From: Myxococcota bacterium
GTDB taxonomy: Bacteria > Myxococcota_A > UBA9160 > PR03
NCBI GenBank assembly: GCA_025453505.1
Contig: JALOQG010000001.1
Location: 1 to 49,393, forward strand
Direction of reading: 5' to 3'
Length of the DNA stretch: 49,393 nt
Within the stretch, counting starts at the first letter, position 1. Each line of letters begins with the position of its first letter. Of the stretch, positions 27,268 through 35,493 are shown in pieces. The position numbers and the translations under genes were made by a program. Below the pieces are notes generated by a model. It was not told where the DNA came from and made no database searches. It saw nothing but the letters and a program-made list of their open reading frames with translations.

Positions 27268-27636
27268 ATGATCGCGCTACCCGCTTCCGACGCCGAGTTC
27301 GTCCTGCTCCACAACCCGCGCTGCTCGAAGTCGCGCGCCGCGCGGGCGCTGCTCGAAGAGCGCGGCGTCGCGGTGCGCGAGCGCTCGTATCTCGAGGATC
27401 CCCTGACACTCGCCGAGCTGCGCGATCTCGCCGCGCGTCTCGGCGAGCCGCCGTCGCGCTGGCTGCGCCGCGGCGAGGCGGCGTTTCACGAAGCGGGACT
27501 CTCTCCGGACGCAGACGACGCCGCGATCCTCGCCGCGATGGCGGACCACCCGATCCTGATCGAGCGGCCGATCCTCGTGCGCGGCGCGCGTGCGGTCGTC
27601 GGACGTCCGCCGGAGCGCGTGCTCGAGCTGCTCTGA
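27268..27636 (+). CDS. arsC: ArsC/Spx-family arsenate reductase-like protein
   Basis: 122 aa. LLHNPRCSKSRAARALLEERG (active-site Cys context) and HPILIERPILV at the C-terminus. Confidence 0.88.
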   Translation: MIALPASDAEFVLLHNPRCSKSRAARALLEERGVAVRERSYLEDPLTLAELRDLAARLGEPPSRWLRRGEAAFHEAGLSPDADDAAILAAMADHPILIERPILVRGARAVVGRPPERVLELL

Positions 27637-27718
27637 GCGCAAGCGACCCTGCAACCGCTTGCTCGCGCCCGAGGCGGAGCGCAACATCGCGCGAGCGCGC
27701 GCCCCGGAGCCCCAGACC

Positions 27719-28561
27719 ATGTCCTCCAGCGATTCCATTTCACACGCCGCATCCGCCGAAGACGCTTCGGGCGGTCCGCGGCGACTCGCGATCGTGACCG
27801 GCGCTTCGGCCGGCATCGGCGCGGCCTTCGCCGAACGTCTCGCACGCGACGCCTACGATCTCGTGCTCGTCGCGCGCCGCCGCGATCGGCTGGATGCTCT
27901 CGCCGAACGGCTGGTGCGCGCGCACGAACGCCGCGTCGAGGTGCTGGTGGCGGATCTCGGCTCGGACGACGGCGTGCGCGCGGTCGAAGCGCGCATCGCG
28001 GCGGAGCCTTCGCTCGAGCTGGTCGTCAACAACGCCGGTTTCGGCACCAGTGGCGCCTTCGTGGACCTCGATCGCGACGCCGAGGCGGACGAGGTGCGGC
28101 TGAACGTGCTGGCGCTGCTCCGCCTGACGCACGCGGCGGTCGCCGCGATGCAGCCGCGTGGACACGGCTCGGTGATCAACGTCTCGTCGCTGGCCGGTTT
28201 CCAGCCGGCTCCGTTCAACGCGACCTATGCGGCGACCAAGGCGTTCGTGAACTCCTTCACGCAAGCCGTCAGTGAGGAGCTGCGCGGCACCGGGGTGCGC
28301 CTGCAACTGCTCTGTCCCGGCTTCACCCGGACCGAGTTCCAGGAGGTCGCCGGCGTACGCACCGACGATCTGCCCGAGTTCGCCTGGATGTCCGCAGAAG
28401 CCGTCGTCGAGATTTCGCTCGAGGCGCTGCGCCGGGGCGAGCTGCTCGTGATCCCGGGCGGCGGGAACAAGGTGATCGGGGCGCTCTTCCGCGCGATGCC
28501 GAACTCCGTGGCGCGCCGGCTCGGCGCTGCGCTCTTGCGCCGCACCCTCGCCGGATCCTGA
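27719..28561 (+). CDS. SDR family oxidoreductase
   Basis: 280 aa. TGASAGIG cofactor motif, NNAG, catalytic S...YAATK. Confidence 0.9.
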   Translation: MSSSDSISHAASAEDASGGPRRLAIVTGASAGIGAAFAERLARDAYDLVLVARRRDRLDALAERLVRAHERRVEVLVADLGSDDGVRAVEARIAAEPSLELVVNNAGFGTSGAFVDLDRDAEADEVRLNVLALLRLTHAAVAAMQPRGHGSVINVSSLAGFQPAPFNATYAATKAFVNSFTQAVSEELRGTGVRLQLLCPGFTRTEFQEVAGVRTDDLPEFAWMSAEAVVEISLEALRRGELLVIPGGGNKVIGALFRAMPNSVARRLGAALLRRTLAGS

Positions 28562-28653
28562 GAGCCATCCGGTCGGCGCGCGCGGCGTTGCCGGGCTCGC
28601 CGGGTGGGTCTAGCCTGCACCTGCCCTTGCTGAACCGGGTTTCAGTGTCTGAG

Positions 28654-29301
28654 ATGAGCTTCACTCCGAGCGCCGGGGCCGCGAACGCCGACGTCCCGAC
28701 CGAGCCGGTCGGCGCCGCGGCGCGCAGCCGCGCGGAGACGCGCCGACGCCTCGTCGAGGCGGGCACGGAGCTCTTCGCCCGCCACGGACTGCACGCGACC
28801 ACGAGCACGCAGATCGCGCGCGCGGCCGGCGTCGCCGCGGGCACCTTCTACCTGCACTTCGCGGACAAGCACGCGCTGTTCCGCGAGATCGCCTTCGCCG
28901 CGCTGTCGGAGCTGCGCCAGCGGATGGAGGCCGCCCATTTCGCGCTCGCGCCCGACGCGGCCGCGCAGCTGCGCGCCCGCATGGAGACGCTGGTCGCGTT
29001 CGCCGACGAGCGGCGTGATCTCGTGCGGATCGTCTTCGGCCGGGGCGCCGAGGCCGGCACGATCGCCGCGGAGATGACCGACGAGCTCTTCCCCGGCGTC
29101 GAGTCGCGGCTGCGCGAGCGCATCGATGCTGGTCGCGCCGACGCCGGCCTGCATCCCGCCGTCGCGGCGCAGGCGTTGATCGCGACCTGGATGCGCGTCG
29201 TCGCCTGGTGGGCCGAAGACCCGTCGCGCGCGCCGCGCGACGCGGTCGTCGAGACGCTCGTCCGCCTCCACCCCGTCTTCACGTTCCAGCGCGCCCGCTG
29301 A
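28654..29301 (+). CDS. TetR/AcrR family transcriptional regulator
   Basis: 215 aa. The N-terminal HTH region is RRRLVEAGTELFARHGLHATTSTQIARAAGVAAGTFYLHFADK. Confidence 0.9.
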   Translation: MSFTPSAGAANADVPTEPVGAAARSRAETRRRLVEAGTELFARHGLHATTSTQIARAAGVAAGTFYLHFADKHALFREIAFAALSELRQRMEAAHFALAPDAAAQLRARMETLVAFADERRDLVRIVFGRGAEAGTIAAEMTDELFPGVESRLRERIDAGRADAGLHPAVAAQALIATWMRVVAWWAEDPSRAPRDAVVETLVRLHPVFTFQRAR

Positions 29302-29330
29302 AATCGAACCCGAACCACCCGGAGCACCTC

Positions 29331-30458
29331 ATGGCCGACCACATCACCCACGACGCCATCTACGACGCGGTCGATCGCGACGACTTCGACGCGATGATCG
29401 AAGTCGATCGCTACGCGCGCCGCACGGGCGCCTTCGACGAGATCATCTCCGCGACGGAGGACCACTTCTGGGATCCGCTCGATCCCACCTACGTGGACTT
29501 CACGCAGCCCTTCGACCTCCGCGAAGACACCATCATGCCGCGCGACTTCACGATCGAGCTCAACTGCGCCGTCGCGGACAAGCTCGACGAGGGCCAGCAG
29601 ATCGCGCTCGCCAACGAGGTCACGCGCTTCAGCGTCTCGCAGCTGCTGCACGGCGAGCAGGGCGCGCTGTCGCTCTCAGCGAGCCTGTGCCACGTGCTCC
29701 ACGATCCGGGCGCGCAGGAGTACGCCGCCAACCAGGCGCGCGAAGAGGCGCGCCACGTGACGGCCTTCTCGAAGTACGTCGGCGCGCGCTGGGGCACGCC
29801 GCTGCCCGCGGGCCAGACGCTCGGCGCGCTGATGAACGAACTGGTGCTCGCGCCCGAGGTCTACAAGAAGCTGGTCGGCATGCAGATGCTGATCGAGGGG
29901 CTCGCGATGGGCGCTTTCGCGACGCTGCACTCGCGCACGCGCGATCCCGTGCTGCGACGCACCGTGCAGCTCGTGATGACCGACGAGGCGTTCCATCACC
30001 GCTTCGGCCGCATCTGGGCCAAGCGCACCGTCCCCAAGCTCAGTGAAGAGGAACACATCAAGGTCGAGGACTGGGCCGCGCAGTGCTTCCACAAGGTGTT
30101 CATGAATCTCGTGAACGCCGAGCAGAAGCAGGCGATCTATCCGCAATTCGGACTCGACTGGAAGTACGTCCGCTCCGCCGTGATGGAGGCGTTCACCGAC
30201 GCGGATCGCCGCCGGATGATGAAGGAGAACACCAACATCTTCCGCGTGCTGATCAAGACGCTGCTGCACGGCGGCATCATCACCGACCGTACGAAGCACC
30301 TCTACGAGGCGTGGGTCGATCTCGGCGAGCTCGGCCGCGAGCCCGAAGGCGTGGTCGGCGACGCGGTCGCCGACGCGGCGATGGAAGAGCTGCGCGAGAT
30401 CAACCGCGGCAAGAAGAAGATCGGTCGCGCGTTCAAGGAGATGGCGACCGCGAACTAG
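29331..30458 (+). CDS. Ferritin-like di-iron carboxylate oxygenase (AurF-like family)
   Basis: 375 aa. Paired metal motifs LLHGEQGA ... AREEARH and MLIEGLA ... MTDEAFHH (E / ExxH twice). It lies 29 nt downstream of the TetR gene. Confidence 0.75.
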   Translation: MADHITHDAIYDAVDRDDFDAMIEVDRYARRTGAFDEIISATEDHFWDPLDPTYVDFTQPFDLREDTIMPRDFTIELNCAVADKLDEGQQIALANEVTRFSVSQLLHGEQGALSLSASLCHVLHDPGAQEYAANQAREEARHVTAFSKYVGARWGTPLPAGQTLGALMNELVLAPEVYKKLVGMQMLIEGLAMGAFATLHSRTRDPVLRRTVQLVMTDEAFHHRFGRIWAKRTVPKLSEEEHIKVEDWAAQCFHKVFMNLVNAEQKQAIYPQFGLDWKYVRSAVMEAFTDADRRRMMKENTNIFRVLIKTLLHGGIITDRTKHLYEAWVDLGELGREPEGVVGDAVADAAMEELREINRGKKKIGRAFKEMATAN

Positions 30459-30610
30459 CGCTGGCCGGCGCGCTCGGTCCGGGGCCCCGCCCGTCGTCGC
30501 GAGGGGCGGATTTCCCTAGACTCCGCCCGCTCTTCCCCTCCGGACCGCCGCGGCCGCGCGAGGCGCGCATCTCCCCGGCGTGTACCCCAGCGTATCGAGA
30601 AGGACTGCAA

Positions 30611-31516
30611 GTGAGCGACATCCGTTTCGACGGCAAGGTGGCCCTGATCACGGGGGCCGGCGGCGGCCTCGGCAAGACCTATGCGATGGACCTGGCGCGA
30701 CGCGGCTGCAAGGTCGTGGTCAACGATCTCGGCGGCAAGGCCGACGGCACCGGCGCGAGCGCCAGCATGGCCGACACCACCGTGAAGGAGATCGAGTCGG
30801 CGGGCGGCATGGCCGTCGCGAACTACGACTCGGTCGCGACGCCGGAAGGTGGCAAGGCGATGGTGCAGGCCGCGATCGACAACTTCGGTCGCATCGACAT
30901 CGTCATCAACAACGCCGGCATCCTGCGCGACAAGACCTTCGCGAAGCTCGAACCGGCCGAACTCGAGATCGTGCTCGACGTCCACCTGAAGGGCGCGTTC
31001 TACGTGTCGCAACCCGCCTTCATCAAGATGAAGGAGCAGAACTTCGGTCGCTTCATCTTCACCGCCTCGGCGGCCGGTCTGCTCGGCAACTTCGGCCAGA
31101 CCAACTACGGCGCGGCGAAGATGGGCCTCGTGGGCCTGTGCAACGTGCTCGCGCTCGAAGGCGCCAAGAACAACATCAAGAGCAACGTGATCGCGCCGAT
31201 CGCGCGCACGCGCCTCACCGAGCAGCTGCTCGGGCCGATGGCGGAGACGCTCGACGCCGAGTGCGTGACGCCGCTCGTGACGTATCTGGTCTCGGAGCAG
31301 AGCGACCTCACCCACAACATCTTCTCGGTGGGCGGGGGCCGCTACGCGCGGATGTTCGTCGGGCTCACGAAGGGCTGGTTCGCCGGCAAGGGCGCCAAGC
31401 CGTCGGCCGAACAGGTCCGCGACAACATGGCCCGCATCCGCGACACCGAGGGCTACCTGATCCCCGACAGCATCGCCGACGAGATGAAGGAGATGCTGAA
31501 GGCCTTCAGCGCCTAG
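30611..31516 (+). CDS. SDR family oxidoreductase, MFE-2-type 3-hydroxyacyl-CoA dehydrogenase-like
   Basis: 301 aa, GTG start after GAGAAGGA. FDGKVALITGAGGGLGK, NDLGG, VINNAGILRDK, NYGAAKMGLVGL. Confidence 0.9.
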   Translation: MSDIRFDGKVALITGAGGGLGKTYAMDLARRGCKVVVNDLGGKADGTGASASMADTTVKEIESAGGMAVANYDSVATPEGGKAMVQAAIDNFGRIDIVINNAGILRDKTFAKLEPAELEIVLDVHLKGAFYVSQPAFIKMKEQNFGRFIFTASAAGLLGNFGQTNYGAAKMGLVGLCNVLALEGAKNNIKSNVIAPIARTRLTEQLLGPMAETLDAECVTPLVTYLVSEQSDLTHNIFSVGGGRYARMFVGLTKGWFAGKGAKPSAEQVRDNMARIRDTEGYLIPDSIADEMKEMLKAFSA

Positions 31517-31540
31517 TCTCGCGACGGCTCGGATCGAAGC

Positions 31541-31570
31541 GGCGCGTCTGCACACCGGTGCAGGCGCGCC
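31541..31570. terminator. Strong hairpin between convergent genes (possible bidirectional terminator)
   Basis: ggcgcgtctgcac-accg-gtgcaggcgcgcc: a 13-bp stem with one G-U pair and a 4-nt loop. It lies between the TAG at 31514-31516 and the minus-strand stop at 31574-31576. Confidence 0.5.
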
Positions 31571-31573
31571 GTC

Positions 31574-32101
31574 TCACTTCGAGGGGGCGAGCAGGGCGTC
31601 GAGCGCGGGCCACTCGATCGAGGTCTGCGCCGCAAACGCGCGCAGCAGCAGCTCGCGGTCGGCGCGATCGGCGTCGCTGGCCTTCGCGCGGTACACCTCG
31701 ACGGCTGCGCCGAGTTTCGCGGCGGGCGGCTCGACCGGGGCCTCGTCGCCCTGCAGCGTGCCCTTGTCGTGCTCGAGGCCGAGACCGTCGAGCCATTCGG
31801 TCAGCAGCTCGTTGCGACACTCGAGGAAGTAGACGGCCAGCATTTCCTCGGCGATCGGATCCGCCACCACGCGTCCGAGCGACTTGCGCACCAGCTCTGC
31901 GCGCCGCTCCACGGGCTGGCGCTGCAGGAACACGGGCCGCGCCTTGAGCGCGCCGGCCGTGGCGCCGAGCGCCTGTGCATACGCGATCGGCGCCTTTTCC
32001 TTGAGCGCCTCGAGCAGCGTGCGGGCGTGTTCGGGCGCCATCGCCCCGAAGATCTGATGAGGTCGCATGGCGCCGCTGTCTAGCAGACGCGCCGGGGTCA
32101 T
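31574..32101 (-). CDS. Hypothetical protein (175 aa), translationally coupled to the CtaA-NDH-2 gene
   Basis: The ATG at 32101-32099 overlaps the upstream stop (ATGA). Non-repetitive, balanced composition (MTPARLLDSGAMRPHQIFGAMAPEHARTLLEALKEKAP...). I recognise no family. Confidence 0.65.
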   Translation of the reverse strand: MTPARLLDSGAMRPHQIFGAMAPEHARTLLEALKEKAPIAYAQALGATAGALKARPVFLQRQPVERRAELVRKSLGRVVADPIAEEMLAVYFLECRNELLTEWLDGLGLEHDKGTLQGDEAPVEPPAAKLGAAVEVYRAKASDADRADRELLLRAFAAQTSIEWPALDALLAPSK

Positions 32102-34323
32102 GCCGCGTCGCTGGCGCGCGGCTCCGCGGTCCCGCTGGAGGCCGGGGCCGACGCCGCGCGCCGCCCTCCGATGATCGAGCGCAGCCCGAGGTCGTAGCTG
32201 AAGTAGTGGTAGATCCAGTTGACGAAGACGACGGCGCGATTGCGGAAGCCGGCGAGGAACAGGATGTGGACGACGAGCCAGAGCAGCCACGCGAGACGCC
32301 CCGCGATGCGCACGCCGAAGACCTGCGCGACCGCGCGATCGCGCCCGATCGTCGCCATCGCGCCGAGATCGCGATACGCGAACGGCAGCGGCGGCGCACC
32401 GCAGAGCGCGCGCTGCACGTTGCCTGCGACGCGCTGGCCTTGCTGGATCGCGACCTGTGCGACCTGCGGGAGCGTCTCCATCCCGCGCACCAGCGCGAGG
32501 TCTCCGATCGCGTACACACCGGGCGCGCCGGCCACCTCCAGCGTCGGCAGGGCCGGAACGCGTCCGCCGCGTCCGAGCGGAACGCCGAGCGCCGCGCCGA
32601 TCGGTGCGCCGCGGATGCCGGCCGCCCACACCACCGTGCGCGCGCGCAACGCCTCGCGCGAGGAGAAGCGCACGCCGTCCCCGTCGACGCGTTCCACCAG
32701 CGTGGACAGCCGCACCTCGACGCCGAGTTCGCGGATCTGTTCGAGCGCGCGGCGGCAGAGATCTTCGGGAAAGGCGGCCAGCAGGCGATCGCGGCCCTCG
32801 ACGAGCACGACCCGCATCGACGCCTCGAGGCCGGGGAAGTCGCGCGGCACGACGTGGCGACGCAGCTCCGCGAGCATGCCGGCCAGCTCGACGCCGGTCG
32901 GTCCGCCGCCGACCAGCACGAAGCCGAGCAGCGCCTCGCGCTCGTTCGCGTCGTCCGTCTGCGACGCGCGTTCGAGGCAGCGCAGGACGTGGTTGCGCAG
33001 CTCGATCGCGTCTTCGACGTGGCGCAGCCCGAACGCCAGCCGTTCGACGCTCGCGTTGCCGAAGTACTCGGTGGCGCTGCCGCCCGCGAGCACGAGCACG
33101 TCCCAGGGCAGGTGCTCTCCGTCGGCCGTTTCGATGCGACGCGCCGTCGTGTCGATCGCCACGACTTCGCCGAGCCGGAAGCGGGCGTTCGGGATCGGCC
33201 GCAGGATCGATCGCACCGGATGCGTCACGTCCTGCGCCGAGAGGCCCGAGGTCGCGACCTGATAGAGCAGGGGCAGGAACGTGTGGTAGTTCTCGCGATC
33301 CACGATCTGCACGTCGACGGCCGTGTCGGCGAGTGCGCGCGCGACCGCCAGACCGCCGAAGCCCGCCCCGACCACGACGACCCGCTGCCGGGGACCGTCC
33401 GTTCCCACCGGACGCCGGATCGCCTCGCGCAGCGCGGCCGCCAGCGAGAGTGCGATGCACGCCGCGACGCCCGTGTGCAGCGCGGTCACCGCCACGTGGA
33501 GATCGAGCGCGACGTTCGCGACGCCCACGGCGACCTGCGCGAGCGTCAGCGCGCACGCGAGCCGCAGCGGTCGCGCGACGCCCGGATGGCGCCGGTTCCA
33601 CGCGAACGCCACGAGCATCGCGACGACGACGAGATACGCGTTGGTGCGATGCACGAGATGCAGACCCACGCCGCCCTGCAGCGAGGGGAACCACACACCA
33701 TCGCGACACGTCGGCCAGTCGGGGCAGTCGAGCCCCGCGTAGTGCGCCGAGACGAGGCCACCCAGCCCGATCTGCAGCACGAGCAAGAGCAGCGCCGCGA
33801 CGAGCGAGCGGCGCGCGCGGGTCGGCAGGGCAGGGCGCGGGCGCGGCGCCGCGGTCTCGCGCACGGCCGCGCGCGTCCAGAGCAGCGCGGCGGCGAACGA
33901 GGTGCCGGTCAGGAGATGGGCGGTCACCGTCCAGGGCGCGAGCCCGAGCAGCACCGTCAGCCCGCCGAGCACGATCTGCACCGCGAGCAGCGCCGCGGCG
34001 ATCGCGAGCGGCCCGCCCGCCGCGCGTCGCAGGACGGGATCGCGCAGGACTGCGACTCCGAGTCCGACGAAGAGCAGGGAGATCGATCCCGCCATCACGC
34101 GATGCGCCCACTCGAAGCCGATGCGCAGATCGAGCACCGGGACCCAGACGCCGAAACAACGCGGCCAATCGGGGCAAGCGAGGCCGGCGCCGTGCGCGCG
34201 AACCAGGGCGCCGAGCACGATCAGGCCGAGCGTCAGCGCGACCAGCGCCGAGAGCGACCGCGCGACGCGCCTCACGCGACTCGCATGGGCGAGCGGATCG
34301 CGGCTCGAAGCGGGATCACGCAT
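32098..34323 (-). CDS. Fusion protein: heme A synthase (COX15/CtaA) membrane domain + type II NADH dehydrogenase (NDH-2) flavoprotein
   Basis: 741 aa from the ATG at 34323. The N-terminal half has CtaA hallmarks: GAGLACPDWPRC, EWAHRV, TAHLL, a second copy HYAGLDCPDWPTC, LVHRTNAY and ALHTG. From about aa 345 there is RVVVVGAGFGGL, a second Rossmann LVGGGPTGVE, GDLA, and a C-terminal amphipathic/hydrophobic anchor. No in-frame stop separates the two halves. Confidence 0.85.
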   Translation of the reverse strand: MRDPASSRDPLAHASRVRRVARSLSALVALTLGLIVLGALVRAHGAGLACPDWPRCFGVWVPVLDLRIGFEWAHRVMAGSISLLFVGLGVAVLRDPVLRRAAGGPLAIAAALLAVQIVLGGLTVLLGLAPWTVTAHLLTGTSFAAALLWTRAAVRETAAPRPRPALPTRARRSLVAALLLLVLQIGLGGLVSAHYAGLDCPDWPTCRDGVWFPSLQGGVGLHLVHRTNAYLVVVAMLVAFAWNRRHPGVARPLRLACALTLAQVAVGVANVALDLHVAVTALHTGVAACIALSLAAALREAIRRPVGTDGPRQRVVVVGAGFGGLAVARALADTAVDVQIVDRENYHTFLPLLYQVATSGLSAQDVTHPVRSILRPIPNARFRLGEVVAIDTTARRIETADGEHLPWDVLVLAGGSATEYFGNASVERLAFGLRHVEDAIELRNHVLRCLERASQTDDANEREALLGFVLVGGGPTGVELAGMLAELRRHVVPRDFPGLEASMRVVLVEGRDRLLAAFPEDLCRRALEQIRELGVEVRLSTLVERVDGDGVRFSSREALRARTVVWAAGIRGAPIGAALGVPLGRGGRVPALPTLEVAGAPGVYAIGDLALVRGMETLPQVAQVAIQQGQRVAGNVQRALCGAPPLPFAYRDLGAMATIGRDRAVAQVFGVRIAGRLAWLLWLVVHILFLAGFRNRAVVFVNWIYHYFSYDLGLRSIIGGRRAASAPASSGTAEPRASDAA

Positions 34324-34479
34324 CGGGGCTCCAGGGGGACGGGCGGCCTTCTCCGGCCGCAGCCACCCCGACCGTAGAGGATGGCAACGGCACTGCAATG
34401 CGCGGGCGCGGAGCAGGTCGTAGTCTCGCGACGCGCGTTGCTTCAGCGCGGCGCATGTTCCGTCGATACGACAGGCGTG

Positions 34480-34896
34480 ATGAACACGATGCCGCATCAA
34501 GGATCCGACGATCCCCGCAAGCTGCGCGAGGTTCTCGCGCGCACCCAGACGCTCGCCTCCGAGCACGCCGTGGCTTCGGTCGTGGTGGGCTTTGCCGCGC
34601 GCGAGGGCAGCCTGCTCTTCCCGGACTTCCTCGCGTATCTCGAGAGCGAGCTGCGCGTCGAGGATCAGATCTTTCGGCTCACCCGCGAGCGCGCGCTGCT
34701 GATCCTGCGCGACGTCGAGGTGCGGCAGGCGGAGTCCGTGGTGGAGCGACTGCGCGCCAACTTCGAGCGCGAGTTTCCGTCGTCGCGCGGCGTGGACGTC
34801 TCGATCCGCTACCTCGCCGTGCCGCCGGGTCCGGTGTCGATCAGCGTGAAGAGCGTGCTGCCGGCCGTCTTCGGCGGAGCCGCCGAACCCGACTGA
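34480..34896 (+). CDS. Hypothetical protein (138 aa), possibly a degenerate GGDEF-like domain
   Basis: ATG at 34480. VVVGFAAREGSL ... RVEDQIFRLTRERALLILRDVEVRQAESVVERLRANF aligns by eye to the GGDEF core, with RERAL in place of GGDEF. Weak. Confidence 0.5.
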   Translation: MNTMPHQGSDDPRKLREVLARTQTLASEHAVASVVVGFAAREGSLLFPDFLAYLESELRVEDQIFRLTRERALLILRDVEVRQAESVVERLRANFEREFPSSRGVDVSIRYLAVPPGPVSISVKSVLPAVFGGAAEPD

Positions 34897-34902
34897 ATCG
34901 AC

Positions 34903-35493
34903 TCAGGCCGGCTCGCGTCGGCGCCCGAGGCGGCGCAGCGATCGCACGATCCAGGCGATCGCGAGGCTGCCGACCACGAGGGTCCCCGCCGCGATCGCGA
35001 CGGCGATCAGTGGATGCGCGACCAGCAGATAGAGCAGGCCGGCGAAGGAGAGATCCTCGCCGAGCGAGACGCCCCAGTTCGAGAACGGCTCGGGGCTGGT
35101 GTTGACCGCGAGACGCGTGCCGGCCTTCAGTCCGTGCACCGAGAGTGCGACGCCACCGGAGAGCAGTCCCGCGATCACGCGCCACGTCTCGGGCGCGTCG
35201 CCGAGCGCGGCGAACGCGAGCAGCGCCGCCGCGGGAATCCGCACGAAGGTGTGGATGCCGTCCCAGAACGAGTCGAACGCAGGGATCTTGTCGGCGACGA
35301 ATTCGACGACGTAGAGCGACGTGGCGATTCCGACGACCCACGGCGACGCGAGCGCGTCGAGTGCGTCGGGCAGCTGGAGTACGCCGAGGCGATGGAACCA
35401 GCCCAGCGCCGCGACCGTTCCGTACACGCGCAGCCCCGATGCCGTCGCGCCGCCGGCCGCGATGCCGAGTTCCGCGAGCAGCTCCGGCGTCAC
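34903..35493 (-). CDS. DUF4126-family integral membrane protein
   Basis: 196 aa. The GTG start overlaps the upstream stop (GTGA). SLYVVEFVADKIPAFDSFWD is the family's signature segment. Several TM helices. Confidence 0.78.
   Translation of the reverse strand: MTPELLAELGIAAGGATASGLRVYGTVAALGWFHRLGVLQLPDALDALASPWVVGIATSLYVVEFVADKIPAFDSFWDGIHTFVRIPAAALLAFAALGDAPETWRVIAGLLSGGVALSVHGLKAGTRLAVNTSPEPFSNWGVSLGEDLSFAGLLYLLVAHPLIAVAIAAGTLVVGSLAIAWIVRSLRRLGRRREPA

Noticed and set aside
32206-35105. Long ORFs overlapping the CtaA-NDH-2 gene and its neighbours: plus-strand 32206-34377 and 32457-35105, and the upstream part of minus-strand 31574-34177
   Set aside because: These are low-complexity Arg/Ala/Asp/Glu translations opposite to, or out of frame with, a gene that carries unmistakable CtaA and NDH-2 motifs.
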